The notes: generated by a model not told the origin, from the sequence alone. Positions 34,813-44,331 are shown, numbered from the stretch's first letter. The stretch is DNA of 54,797 bases from a virus (IMGVR_UViG_3300046791_000336:1-54797); one strand, 5' to 3'. Program-made: numbers and translations.

Positions 34813-35174
34813 GACTCGCCCTCGCCGTGCTTGACGATCTGACGGGCGAGGTACCCGGCGAGCCAACGGTTGCTGTGATATCGAATGTTCGATTCGGCAA
34901 CGCTCCAGCCGCGCAGTTCTTCGTCGTCACCGAAGACCCCAAACGTCCAGTCACACAGCCTGTCGGCCTCGGTTAGATCATCGGCAATCTCCGCCGCCCT
35001 TACCTCAATCTCCACCGCCTCACTCGCGTGCTCGTCGCTGTGGCCGAGGGGGAGCCAGTCGCCGCACCGCTCGCAGTACTTGCGGACAAGCATGTCAGAG
35101 CGGTCATCGGTGCGGAGGACTGACTCGCGTCGCATCCAGTGTGCAGACTTCGGGTGCTTGCACCGCTTACTCAC
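34809..35174 (-). CDS. Hypothetical protein
   Basis: CKH...CERCG motif; tightly packed operon. Confidence 0.55.
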   Translation of the reverse strand: MSKRCKHPKSAHWMRRESVLRTDDRSDMLVRKYCERCGDWLPLGHSDEHASEAVEIEVRAAEIADDLTEADRLCDWTFGVFGDDEELRGWSVAESNIRYHSNRWLAGYLARQIVKHGEGES

Positions 35175-35451
35175 TGCCCACCATCCCCATCACCGCCTCC
35201 ACAACCCGCCGCTCTTGCAGGTAGCCGCCAACCTCCGAGGTGGACAGCCTGTTCACGTCGGCGTTGGCGATTGCTTTGTCGCATGCTGCGAGACGAGCTG
35301 CGGCCCAGGTGCGGAGGGTGGAGAGGCGAGAGCGGGACGAGCGCAGTTCACGGATCACGCACGTGACAGACGCCATGCAACAGTCGTCACCGCTGGATTG
35401 CTCAAGCGTATGGAGCTCTGACTCCGTGAGGATTTCAACGTTGCCGATCAC
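35167..35451 (-). CDS. Hypothetical protein
   Basis: Packed leftward operon; GGAG SD. Confidence 0.5.
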   Translation of the reverse strand: MIGNVEILTESELHTLEQSSGDDCCMASVTCVIRELRSSRSRLSTLRTWAAARLAACDKAIANADVNRLSTSEVGGYLQERRVVEAVMGMVGSE

Positions 35452-35777
35452 GACTCCCCCTCCCCGTCATCCCCGCCGAGTTCTTTGGTGAGGCGGGTGA
35501 GCTCGGCTAGCGCTGCGTTCTTGCACGCGTAAATAACGTCATACAGAGTCTTGTCTACAAGACCGAGCGGTGGTGCGAGAGGCTGCCCAGCGTGATCGCC
35601 GAACCAGCGATGCGCCGCTACATATACCGGACGCATCCTCTCGCACTCCGCCTCCGCCTCCCTCCGTTGCTCGAGCGCCACATTCGCATCTGCCTGCACC
35701 GCTGCCAGGACGCGCTCGGCTTCCTTGGCGCGTGCCCGCCAGTACACGATCTCGTCGTGCGGATCCATGCCGTGCAT
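35448..35777 (-). CDS. Coiled-coil hypothetical protein
   Basis: Packed leftward operon. Confidence 0.5.
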   Translation of the reverse strand: MHGMDPHDEIVYWRARAKEAERVLAAVQADANVALEQRREAEAECERMRPVYVAAHRWFGDHAGQPLAPPLGLVDKTLYDVIYACKNAALAELTRLTKELGGDDGEGES

Positions 35778-36149
35778 TTACTGTCCAGCCTTTCGAAGCT
35801 TCTCCACATGTGAGTCTGAGTCTGGCTCCCAGCCGTTGTCCCGGCGTAGCTGCTCCCAGCGAAAACACGCCTCCCGCAACGCCTGCCGGGCGAGGTCGCG
35901 CTCCTTCTCCGTCTCGTCTAGCCGGATTTGAAGCTGCCCGTAGTCGACCACGATGTCCGCGCTCGCGTTAGTCAGCCTCTCATTCTCCTGCTCGAGCTCG
36001 TGGATGCGGTCGTGTTGCCGCACGATCTCTTTCGCGTACGCATACGTGCCGTCCCATGATCCTGGCCGCGCCAGATCTTGAGACGCGAATGTCCACTCGT
36101 CGTGGTCCTTGATTAGCTGTCGTGCTGTCGCGAGAATTTCTTCACTCAT
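35778..36149 (-). CDS. Coiled-coil hypothetical protein
   Basis: Packed leftward operon. Confidence 0.55.
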   Translation of the reverse strand: MSEEILATARQLIKDHDEWTFASQDLARPGSWDGTYAYAKEIVRQHDRIHELEQENERLTNASADIVVDYGQLQIRLDETEKERDLARQALREACFRWEQLRRDNGWEPDSDSHVEKLRKAGQ

Positions 36150-36248
36150 CGTGCGCTGCGCCGAATCGAACGGCCTGCCCAGTCAGCGCGAGTGCGGCTC
36201 TCGCCGCGCCGTAGTTTGTCGTGCGCGGCGGTCTACGCCGCTGCGTGG

Positions 36249-37409
36249 CTAACCGGCCTCCTCGAGTAGTCGGTTGACTTCGTTGACGTCAAACGCTGGC
36301 GCCTCTTCGTCCTTGCCGCGCGTGAACTCACCGAGTGGCATCGTGTCCGCGCCATTGCTTGCGCCGCCGAGTTCGCGGATCTTCTTGATCACCGCGGCTG
36401 CCGTCCCGCGCTTAGCACCTACTGCCCTGGCGGCACGCTCGATGGCCGCCTTCGTGGTCTTGCGCTCGATCGCTACAGCCTCGAACTCACGAGCCGACTC
36501 GCCGACAACCTGGGCGATTGCGGTGACCGCGACATCCCCACTCAGCCGCTCGTTGCCGTTGCGGACGTACCTTCCGAACATCCGCCCCTCGCCGAGATCA
36601 ATCGGTCCGTTGGCGTCCACGTAGTTCTCCAGCCGCTTGCGCGCGTCCTTGACCAGTGACTCCACGCGGACGATCTGCTCGTATGCAGCGGCGGCACGCT
36701 CGGTGGTTATTGTCGAGTCGCCGACTACCGCTAGTCCCTTCTCGGAGAACTGCACGAGCAGGGCGTTTTTCGCCGAGCAGAATGGAGTGCTGGGACAGTA
36801 CCTGCACCACGTTCCTTCGCGCGTGGCAATTACCTCGCCGCGCCTCGTCGCCTCCTGGTTGGCCGCCGCTCGGATGTGCAGTTGCTCGAGCCTGTCGGCG
36901 AACGCCGCAAGGTCGAGCGCATCGAGCGTCGCTTCGTCAACGCGGTTCGTGCGAGTGTAGACGATGCGGACGATCGCTGACGACTTGCCGAGTGCGCGTG
37001 ATGCCGCGAGTGCATAGAAGGCGAGCTGTGCGTTCGTGGCAGCTGGCTCCACGTCAGCGTGGCCCGTTTTGAAGTCGACGACCACGACTGAGTCGTTATC
37101 AATTCCGATAACGTCACAGGAACCCACGATCTCGAACGGTCCAACATCACCGTACGCGCGCCCGAGATTCTCACCGATGATGCGTCCCGCTCGCGTCGCC
37201 ACGTCAAAGCCGAGCGCAACCTCGGAGCGTGCGGATGCAGGCATCACTGCAGCGATCCAGTCCGGCAACTCCCCGCGCAGGAGTTGGTCTGCGAGCTCGG
37301 CGTGCTCTACGTTTCCAGCGTCCGCGTAGACGCTGGCGTTCTCCGCACGGGGCAGGACAGACGCGCCGGGACACGAGAGCAGCCGTGACAATGACGACGC
37401 GGTGATCAC
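36249..37409 (-). CDS. Cas4/RecB-like PD-(D/E)XK exonuclease (DUF2800-like)
   Basis: SASS-like start with CPG, GSCD, VVDFKTG, QLAFYA, WCRYCP...C. Confidence 0.85.
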   Translation of the reverse strand: MITASSLSRLLSCPGASVLPRAENASVYADAGNVEHAELADQLLRGELPDWIAAVMPASARSEVALGFDVATRAGRIIGENLGRAYGDVGPFEIVGSCDVIGIDNDSVVVVDFKTGHADVEPAATNAQLAFYALAASRALGKSSAIVRIVYTRTNRVDEATLDALDLAAFADRLEQLHIRAAANQEATRRGEVIATREGTWCRYCPSTPFCSAKNALLVQFSEKGLAVVGDSTITTERAAAAYEQIVRVESLVKDARKRLENYVDANGPIDLGEGRMFGRYVRNGNERLSGDVAVTAIAQVVGESAREFEAVAIERKTTKAAIERAARAVGAKRGTAAAVIKKIRELGGASNGADTMPLGEFTRGKDEEAPAFDVNEVNRLLEEAG

Positions 37410-38332
37410 GCTGCGTGCTCCAACTCGGACTTACGCGCGGTGTACGCCTCCACCGTAATCTTGTACTGGGGCGTTCCGCGCGCTGGCTTGCCAGGTCCGG
37501 TCACGATGCGGTCGAGGTCTGCCAGGGATTTTGCCGACGCGATGGCGGCAATCATCGCGGTGAACGTGTCGTCAAGCGCTGCAGCAACCGGCTCATGCTT
37601 CGTTGCTGGCTGCGTCACGGGCGACGGCGCCGCACCGCTGTTTAGCCATTGTCGCAACGTGCCGGCAAACTTCTCCCCGGGCTTGTCGATAATGTCGCCG
37701 ACGCCGATCGCAGAGCACCGAGACTTAGAAACGATCAACTCGTGGTTCAGGTTCATGTCTCCGCAGACAGTGAACTCGTAGTCGAGTCCATCCCTTTGGA
37801 TGGGGGCCAGTCCGATCTTTCGCGGCGCGCTCTTGCCGGTCTTCTCGTCCTTCTCGAGGACGTACTCCATTTTCGATCGCATCGACGCGATAACGTGCGA
37901 CTTGCACGACAGGATAGTGTCGACCAGTCGATTGTGCTTAGGCGTGATGTCGCGCCAGGCTGTGAAGTTGTTCGCCTTGCCCTCGCGCTTCGCGACCTTG
38001 TCGACCTGCTCTAGCGCGCCATCCTTGCCGGCCCAAGCGTGAGACAGAGAGTCGATCACGATGACGTCGTATCCGGCTTGCTCCGCCGCCTCGATCGCGT
38101 CGCAGTAGTTCTCGGGTCCATGGCGCTCAAGATCGAGCACGTCAAACGCGAACCTGTCCGCATAGAGCGACGCGCTACCACGCTCCGTATCGATTACTGC
38201 GATCTTGCCGTTCGGAACCAGGTGAGTCGCGATGGACAAGGCGGAGTATGTCTTGCCCGATCCTGCGAGTCCGATTAACGCCAACCTCAACTTCGCTTGT
38301 TCTTTGGTAGCTCGTTTGAATGAGAGGGACAT
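37406..38332 (-). CDS. Sak4-like AAA_24 ATPase (single-strand annealing)
   Basis: SD GAAAGGA; GLAGSGKT, IDTERGS, VIDSLSHAW, QRDGLDYEF. Confidence 0.88.
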   Translation of the reverse strand: MSLSFKRATKEQAKLRLALIGLAGSGKTYSALSIATHLVPNGKIAVIDTERGSASLYADRFAFDVLDLERHGPENYCDAIEAAEQAGYDVIVIDSLSHAWAGKDGALEQVDKVAKREGKANNFTAWRDITPKHNRLVDTILSCKSHVIASMRSKMEYVLEKDEKTGKSAPRKIGLAPIQRDGLDYEFTVCGDMNLNHELIVSKSRCSAIGVGDIIDKPGEKFAGTLRQWLNSGAAPSPVTQPATKHEPVAAALDDTFTAMIAAIASAKSLADLDRIVTGPGKPARGTPQYKITVEAYTARKSELEHAA

Positions 38333-38491
38333 GAGTTGTTTGTTTCCTTTCGTCACGCGCGCCCCGACTCGACGGGCGCATGGCTTCGCTGGCTGCGCGT
38401 GTAGCGCCCTGTTCCTTTGGCCAATCGACAGGGCAACGATTTGACAGATCACAGAAGCGGGATACGAGCGCTCGTGTGATGGGCCTGGAGC

Positions 38492-38941
38492 TTAGAACGG
38501 AATTTTCTCTTCCGTGCTGGGGCCAGCATCGCCAGCCTCATTGAGCCACTGGTTCACGTCCTTGACGTCACTGCCACCGAGCGGCTTGAGCGGTTCCTTG
38601 AACCGGCCGACATTGCGCACGGTCGACCACTCGCTGACCTTGCCCGTGTTCGGGTTTTCCCAGCGCGCAATCTGCACCTCGATAGGCACGGGCTTCGCTG
38701 ACGACATGATGTCCTTCACTGCCGTGGTCACGTCCTTGCCGGCCCAGCCAAGCGCGAGCATCGCTTGCTTGGTGTAGCGCGTGCTCTTCTCATTGAAGAG
38801 TCCCGAATACGGAACCTTGCGCCCTGCGCTTGGACCGTCAGTAATCTCAAACTCAACGCTCAGCTCAGCTGCACCTTTCTTATTGAGACCTAGTTCCACG
38901 GATACGGGCTTCGCTTGAAAGTTTCCTTCAATCAGACTCAT
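38492..38941 (-). CDS. Single-stranded DNA-binding protein (DUF669-like)
   Basis: VEFEITDGPSAGRKV; acidic tail ending EEKIPF; adjacent to Sak4. Confidence 0.7.
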   Translation of the reverse strand: MSLIEGNFQAKPVSVELGLNKKGAAELSVEFEITDGPSAGRKVPYSGLFNEKSTRYTKQAMLALGWAGKDVTTAVKDIMSSAKPVPIEVQIARWENPNTGKVSEWSTVRNVGRFKEPLKPLGGSDVKDVNQWLNEAGDAGPSTEEKIPF

Positions 38942-39085
38942 TGCTTTGTTCCTTGTTTGAGTTTCCGAAAATGTTTGTTTGCTTGTCATCGTCACTCCCA
39001 CTCGTCTTGGGAAGTGGCGATTGGGGTAGCGCTTGCGGTTCATCACAGCGGCCACATCTGCCTGGTCCAGGCGCACAGCGGCATC

Positions 39086-39721
39086 TCATTGGATGTTGCT
39101 CCACGTGGCTCCGCTAACCACTCGATACACGGTCGCGGTAGTTACACCGATGGAGTCTGCGATTGATTGCGCCCGCTCGCCAGCAGCACGCCTTCGCCTA
39201 ATCTCCAGAACGGACTCCGCCGTTAGCTTCGTTCTCGTGGTGTTCTGCGACTGCTCAAACGGCGTCGCCCACCTGCAGTTGCTTGGTTCGTAGTTGCCAT
39301 TGCTGATCGGATATCGATCGATCGACTTACCCGCCGGGCGCTCTCCCATGTCAGACAAGAAATTAGCGAAATCGGTTCTCCATCGCTCACATACAGTAAC
39401 TCCACGGGCCCCGTAATTGGGGTAGTCCTTGTCGCGCTCGAGGGTGCAGCGGCGCACCATGCGGATCCATGACTCATACGTTGGCGAGTGACTATATCCA
39501 TGACGAAAGTTCGGGCCGCTGGTTCCTCTCCACACCTCACCGATGAGACAGCCGCATGATTTGGTGTGTCCAGAGTTTAGTTTCTCGGCTACAACCACAG
39601 TTTCTGCGCCGCAGTCACAGATGCACCGATATTGATATTTACGATTCGGTGTCTTGCCAACGATCTCGGCGACGGAAAGACGACCGAACCTGCGGCCAGT
39701 CAAAACGGTCAGCTTAGGCAT
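39086..39721 (-). CDS. HNH-type homing endonuclease with C-terminal HTH (copy 3)
   Basis: GRRFGRL, YRCICDCG, YGARGVTVCERW, SIDRYPISNGNYEPSNCRWAT. Confidence 0.85.
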   Translation of the reverse strand: MPKLTVLTGRRFGRLSVAEIVGKTPNRKYQYRCICDCGAETVVVAEKLNSGHTKSCGCLIGEVWRGTSGPNFRHGYSHSPTYESWIRMVRRCTLERDKDYPNYGARGVTVCERWRTDFANFLSDMGERPAGKSIDRYPISNGNYEPSNCRWATPFEQSQNTTRTKLTAESVLEIRRRRAAGERAQSIADSIGVTTATVYRVVSGATWSNIQ

Positions 39722-39760
39722 GGTTCACTCCAAGATGCGCGGGATGGCAGATACAGCGGG

Positions 39761-40294
39761 TCATGCTGCCCTCCTTTTTGCTTCTCGTCTAGCTTCCCTC
39801 TTCTTGGCTTCGTATTTGCGCTGATACTCGCGACCCATATTCCTATGGTGTTCGCACGTCTCTCCGCCTGGTAAGCGCGGTAGCGGACACCTGGCGCAGA
39901 GTCCCAGTTCCTTTCGTCGCGCCCTGTTCATCTTCTTTCTGTCTGACTCCGGTTGAACCACTCGCTTTACCGGATTTCCGTCTGCGTCGTACTCTCGCTC
40001 TGGTCTTTCCCGGAACACAGGCGGATCCTGCGATAGTCTGTATTCGTTGATCCTTGAAGAGACTGTTCTTTTCTCGATGCGCTTTTGTTTCGCTAACCTG
40101 TATAGCGCAGCGCTGAAAAGCATCCTCTCGTGGTCGTCTAAACACCCAATGTCGTCGCATAGGTCTGCGGCCGATATCCAGTCCCTGCTTCGGAGTGCCA
40201 GCAATGCTCGCTCGCTCGCGGTCAGCATTGGGTACCCGTTGTCGTCGTACCTGCGACACGCCTCGCGTCCGATAAGTCGTTCCGCGGAGATCAT
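39761..40294 (-). CDS. Winged-HTH protein with C-terminal Cys/His finger
   Basis: LTASERALLAL...FSAALYRLAKQKRIEK; RKELGLCARC...CEHH. Confidence 0.6.
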   Translation of the reverse strand: MISAERLIGREACRRYDDNGYPMLTASERALLALRSRDWISAADLCDDIGCLDDHERMLFSAALYRLAKQKRIEKRTVSSRINEYRLSQDPPVFRERPEREYDADGNPVKRVVQPESDRKKMNRARRKELGLCARCPLPRLPGGETCEHHRNMGREYQRKYEAKKREARREAKRRAA

Positions 40295-40448
40295 CGCCTT
40301 CCCTGTATCTCGCCGTAAACCGGCATCTCGTACGTGGTGACCCTGCCCTGACACGCCTTGTCCACGCAGATGCGCCGACGGCGAGTGCCAACCGCGGCGG
40401 GTCGCGTCTCCTGGACTGCGGTGTCACAGCCGCATTTTGGACATACAA

Positions 40449-40655
40449 TCATTGCGCCGCCGCTGCCACCCGTCCGGTGACTGTCACTGAATAGCTAGCG
40501 TAGTTTTCGCCTCGCTTCTCAGCGAGACCGGACTCCACAAGTAACCTAAGGTGTCGGTTGACTCGGACCCGACTACCACCAAGTGCGGTCGCGATGTCTT
40601 CGCTAGTGGCGCTGTCGAATCGGGCCAGAGCGCGGAGGACTCGGAGTTGGGTCAT
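40449..40655 (-). CDS. Winged-HTH DNA-binding protein
   Basis: LRVLRAL...SEDIATALGGSRVRVNRHLRLLVESGLAEK. Confidence 0.7.
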   Translation of the reverse strand: MTQLRVLRALARFDSATSEDIATALGGSRVRVNRHLRLLVESGLAEKRGENYASYSVTVTGRVAAAAQ

Positions 40656-40826
40656 TGGATCTCAAGCCTCCCCATTGCCACCGTAAACACTGCACCGATG
40701 GCGAGTGCGAATAGGACGAACCAAGCGGCCATGTCTTGGAGGGCGCTCACGGTTCACGCCTCGTCGTCAGAACCCACACGGTCCAGGTGATGGCGACGGT
40801 GAGAATGACGATGACGGTTTGGGCGG

Positions 40827-41018
40827 TCATAGCTTCTTCTCCTCAGCAACCCGCGCCACGTACCCAACATCAGCGCCGTTCAGGTACGCAGCGCGAATGG
40901 CAGACGTCAGCGCAACCTTGACCATGTCGTCTGGCATCGCGAGTGGCAGGTCACAGACCGTCCTCTCCGCGTATACCCGTGCCATGTCGCGGAGGCGCTT
41001 TAGTGTTTCGGGGTTCAT
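40827..41018 (-). CDS. Hypothetical protein
   Basis: GGAG SD; packed operon. Confidence 0.5.
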   Translation of the reverse strand: MNPETLKRLRDMARVYAERTVCDLPLAMPDDMVKVALTSAIRAAYLNGADVGYVARVAEEKKL

Positions 41019-41459
41019 AGGACTCCCATCGATGCGAAGGACATGTCGTGTGCAACGTGCGTAATGCCGTCAACGGTTACGCTGTGACTCACGAACACCC
41101 CCATCCGAATCTCGACAGCCAATCGGCGATGGCGAGCGAGGGCGTGGATCTCGCGGATGAGAGAGCCGGACGAGCAGTAGTAGTTGAGGCTGCAGCGGCT
41201 GCCGGATAGGGCGTTGAGGAGGCCGCTCACTGTCCAGGCTCCTTCTTGAGTGCCGCGGACAAGACATCGAGAACTCGAACCACGGCGGTTCGCTCCTTGT
41301 CGATTGTGAAGTCGAACGGACCAGGCTTGAACTGGCGTCCCGCCGCGGCAACCGAGTTGAGCCGACGCAACTCCAGAGATACGGAGTCGATTCTGTCGGC
41401 TATGTCGAATCGTGCGCGCATGATCATCCTCTCCACGTCCTCGGCGTCTGGTGCGTGCC

Positions 41460-42023
41460 TCACGCCGCGATCCTCTTGTGTTTGAGCCAGGCTGAGGCCC
41501 AGCGGCCAATCGCCGCGATGCACTTGCACACGGCTCGAATTGCTTGCGGCGGTCGCCACTCCCAGCGCACGCGGTCAACGATATCTGTGGACGGCTCGTA
41601 GAAGCCGGGGAGCCAGCGCGTTGACTTACCGCCGTGAGTCCACGGCTGCCCCTTCACCTCTGCTACTGCAACCCATCCGGCCGCCTCGTAGCAGATGCCG
41701 GACTCGTCCTTGCGGATGTAAGAGACGACTCGGATGTAGCCCATTGAGTCTGCCGTTGACGTTGACGAGCCGAGTAGACGACTGGCTACGTTCTTGTCCT
41801 TGCCGCGGCAACACAGGCGCGTGACTTCCAGCGTGCGACCATCATCTAGTAGCCTCGCGTTGGGGCGCCCAACGATTACAACGCCAACGGTCGGCATGTC
41901 AGGCTCATCGAACAGCACAGCGGCGGTCCTGAACTTGTCGCTCACCACCGGCTTGTGGTGAGAGTGATGCGCGGCTACGTACGCGTTAGCGTCCGCTCTC
42001 GATATGGGACGCAGCGCGATCAC
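41460..42023 (-). CDS. XF1762-like GNAT protein (Mom-related DNA modification candidate)
   Basis: AHHSHHKP, VGVVIVGRPNAR, DDGRTLEVTRLC, SYIRKDESG, AAGW. Confidence 0.75.
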   Translation of the reverse strand: MIALRPISRADANAYVAAHHSHHKPVVSDKFRTAAVLFDEPDMPTVGVVIVGRPNARLLDDGRTLEVTRLCCRGKDKNVASRLLGSSTSTADSMGYIRVVSYIRKDESGICYEAAGWVAVAEVKGQPWTHGGKSTRWLPGFYEPSTDIVDRVRWEWRPPQAIRAVCKCIAAIGRWASAWLKHKRIAA

Positions 42024-42195
42024 GCGCCGTGGCTCCTGACGTAGACCCTCGTCGGCTCATCCTCGAACGACAGCACCTCCACGATCGTGGTGTCCTCGCA
42101 ATCCCTGCACTGGCATGGACACTTCAGGCACCCATGACAAATCCACTTGCTGTGATCGTATTTGTAGCCGGGGGCGGTCTTGGTGCGGGGGCGGG

Positions 42196-42453
42196 TCATT
42201 GGGGATCCTTTCCGTGGAGAAACTCAATCACCGCGGCCTCCGCCGCCTTCGCTTTGTTGAACAGCGATCTGGTTGCATCCAGCGCGGCGTACGTGAGGTG
42301 CTCTCTAGTGCTCCTAGCGTCGTGCGGATTGAGTCCTGCACCGCCTCGAATGGACAACCCGCGAGCGATTACCTCGTTGCCATCCTGGATCTCAACGCAA
42401 CACACGGTGTCTCCGGCGGCTGCGTCCACCTTCGTTGTTACCCTTACGTTCAC
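42196..42453 (-). CDS. Hypothetical protein
   Basis: GAGGAG SD; 4-nt overlaps. Confidence 0.5.
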   Translation of the reverse strand: MNVRVTTKVDAAAGDTVCCVEIQDGNEVIARGLSIRGGAGLNPHDARSTREHLTYAALDATRSLFNKAKAAEAAVIEFLHGKDPQ

Positions 42454-42719
42454 GACTGCTCCTCTCGTTCACGCAGCGCCCGCTCCCACGCACCCTGGTC
42501 GCCGCGCAGAACCGCGCTACCCATCTCGCTGGTCAGGCGCATGTACTTCTCTGCTGCGACCTCAGCGCGGAGTTGCTTGACGAGGTCTTGGGCGCGGGAC
42601 AGCTCTTGTTGCAAGTAGTCAGCGCGCACGAGTTGGCGTGCGTAGTGCTGGGCAGAGCAGACGCGGCAGATGCACGACGAGTCGTGAGTGCCCGTGATGG
42701 CGGGAATGGAGACGGCCAT
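42450..42719 (-). CDS. Hypothetical protein (HxxxCxCxxC + coiled coil)
   Basis: HDSSCICRVC; packed operon. Confidence 0.5.
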   Translation of the reverse strand: MAVSIPAITGTHDSSCICRVCSAQHYARQLVRADYLQQELSRAQDLVKQLRAEVAAEKYMRLTSEMGSAVLRGDQGAWERALREREEQS

Positions 42720-42855
42720 TAGCGAGCCGCCTTGATCTGACGATCCAGATCGTCAATGTGTGCTTGCAGCATCGCGCGGGCGACGACGTCGCGCTCGCGG
42801 CGCATCTCGTTAACGTTCGCGCGGCGCTCGGCGAGCAGGTCTTGGGCTGAGCGAC

Positions 42856-43140
42856 TCACTGTCCACCCCCGTACTGCGCGCGGTAGGCCGCGAGTGCGAC
42901 CTCCATGGACATGACGCTGATCGGCTGCGTGGACTTTTCCCACGAGCGATCACCCGTTGCCGGGCGGCGCATGTCGCGCGTTACCGCAGAGCGCGAGACA
43001 AGCACGACCTCGGGGTCAAGCGCGTTGCGCTGCCGCTGCGCGTCTGCCTGCGCCCCGATCGCGTAGTAAACGCCCTCGGGCTTAGTCGGCTCTTCGGATT
43101 CGAAATCGTTGTTCGGGTCGGCGTCAACCGCGATGTTCAT
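42856..43140 (-). CDS. First gene of the leftward early operon (leaderless)
   Basis: ATG lies 6 nt after the -10 box of PL. Confidence 0.65.
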   Translation of the reverse strand: MNIAVDADPNNDFESEEPTKPEGVYYAIGAQADAQRQRNALDPEVVLVSRSAVTRDMRRPATGDRSWEKSTQPISVMSMEVALAAYRAQYGGGQ

Positions 43141-43198
43141 GAGCCAATCTTATAGCCGGCTCGTTATTCGGTCAAGTAATAAAATAAGCCTGACTTGT
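43139..43198. promoter_or_regulatory. Left operators (ATAAG-N5-CTYAT)
   Basis: ATGAGccaatCTTAT 43139-43153 and ATAAGcctgaCTTGT 43184-43198. Confidence 0.65.
43147..43175 (-). promoter_or_regulatory. Early leftward sigma70-type promoter (PL)
   Basis: TTGACC (43175-43170)-N17-TAAGAT (43152-43147)-N6-ATG. Confidence 0.8.
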
Positions 43199-43453
43199 AC
43201 AGTCATCGAAAGCGTCGGCAGACACCGGCAAGTGCTCAATCAGCAGCGCTACTACCTGTCGGTAGACGTCGGGTGCTAACGCATGTAAGCGCTTGCCAGC
43301 CTGTTGCCATCGAGCGTCCAGATCTATCACCCCAGTACCATCCGCCAACCCATCCGGTGCCCCGTTGGGCGCCACGCTTAAGCTACCAAGAATGCGGCGA
43401 ATCTCATCAAGAGCTGCGGCTACGCGGGGATCGTCCACCTGTTTATCCTCCAT
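43172..43453 (-). CDS. Hypothetical protein downstream of repressor
   Basis: 93-aa helical ORF between cI and PL. Confidence 0.5.
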   Translation of the reverse strand: MEDKQVDDPRVAAALDEIRRILGSLSVAPNGAPDGLADGTGVIDLDARWQQAGKRLHALAPDVYRQVVALLIEHLPVSADAFDDCTSQAYFIT

Positions 43454-43617
43454 TTGTTGCAACCCTGTTATGGGGCGTCAGCGAATGGGTTTCAACGGAG
43501 AACTACGTATTCCTGCGTACGCTAGTCACTCGTTGCGCATCAATTGCGCAAACGTTTATGGTACCCGGGGCTTGCTGTGCAGCAAACTGTTGCACCGCTC
43601 AGGTACGTCCGGGTTAG

Positions 43618-44001
43618 TCACTTCTTTTTGGGATCGATCTTCCTGGGGTATTCGGGGAGATCGCGTTCGAACTTTGCGACCATGCTCTCGATGAGCTCGC
43701 GCAAGTTGTCTGCCTGCTCTCTGTCGTAGTAGCGGATCGTCCTGCCGAGTCGCTGCCAGGTGCGGTCGAATTCGTCGACGAAGTGCTCTGGCGGAGCGAT
43801 GCCTAGCACGCGACAGATCCGCATAACATACGAGCTGCCGCTAGCCTCGCCGCTCTCGATGTTTGAGATCTGCGGTTGGGACAGGCCCACCTTGTCAGCC
43901 AGAACGTCCTGGCTCCAGCCGCGCGCCTTGCGGGCCTTGATCATGATGTCACGCCACTCTTCGTTGGTTGCAAGTTCTGGTTCGTTGGGCTCGCTTAGCA
44001 C
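43618..44001 (-). CDS. cI: XRE-family HTH immunity repressor
   Basis: ARKARGWSQDVLADKVGLSQPQISNIESG; divergent from cro. GTG 44001 preferred because ATG 44061 falls inside PR and its operators. Confidence 0.8.
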   Translation of the reverse strand: MLSEPNEPELATNEEWRDIMIKARKARGWSQDVLADKVGLSQPQISNIESGEASGSSYVMRICRVLGIAPPEHFVDEFDRTWQRLGRTIRYYDREQADNLRELIESMVAKFERDLPEYPRKIDPKKK

Positions 44002-44025
44002 GTCATCATCAGAACATAGCTCGAT

Positions 44026-44077
44026 ATCAGTTTGACTTATTTTGTCGGTTGCTTTCTTCATAAGGCTCGCTCATAAT
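44026..44077 (+). promoter_or_regulatory. Early rightward promoter (PR) with operators
   Basis: TTGCTT (44049-44054)-N17-CATAAT (44072-44077); operators ATCAGtttgaCTTAT 44026-44040 and ATAAGgctcgCTCAT 44060-44074. Confidence 0.75.
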
Positions 44078-44085
44078 CCTGGTCG

Positions 44086-44331
44086 ATGGGTCGACTCTCC
44101 GCTCTGTTAACAAAGGCGCGCGGCAAACGCAACCAGACCGACATCGCACGCGCCCTTAATGTTTCGCAGCCTTTGGTCTGCAAATGGGAGCGGGGCAGCT
44201 GCGCGCCCGTTCTTAATGACGTGCGGCGAGTTGCTCGTGTGTACGGCGTTGACGCGAACGAATTGCGCGAGCTCGTAATCGCTCGCCTCGTAGACAACGA
44301 CCGCAAGCGTCGGAAGGCGAGGGCTGCGTGA
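44086..44331 (+). CDS. cro: Cro-like HTH protein
   Basis: NQTDIARALNVSQPLVCKWERG; first gene after PR. Confidence 0.8.
   Translation: MGRLSALLTKARGKRNQTDIARALNVSQPLVCKWERGSCAPVLNDVRRVARVYGVDANELRELVIARLVDNDRKRRKARAA

Noticed and set aside
38423-38430. AATCGACA as a late promoter
   Set aside because: Hexamer at the 17-nt spacing is ATCACA (not nAnnnT), and it points antisense to the operon.
44002-44061. Repressor start at ATG 44061
   Set aside because: Would leave only 24 nt to cro and place PR and both right operators in or against coding sequence; GTG 44001 fits better, though unproven.
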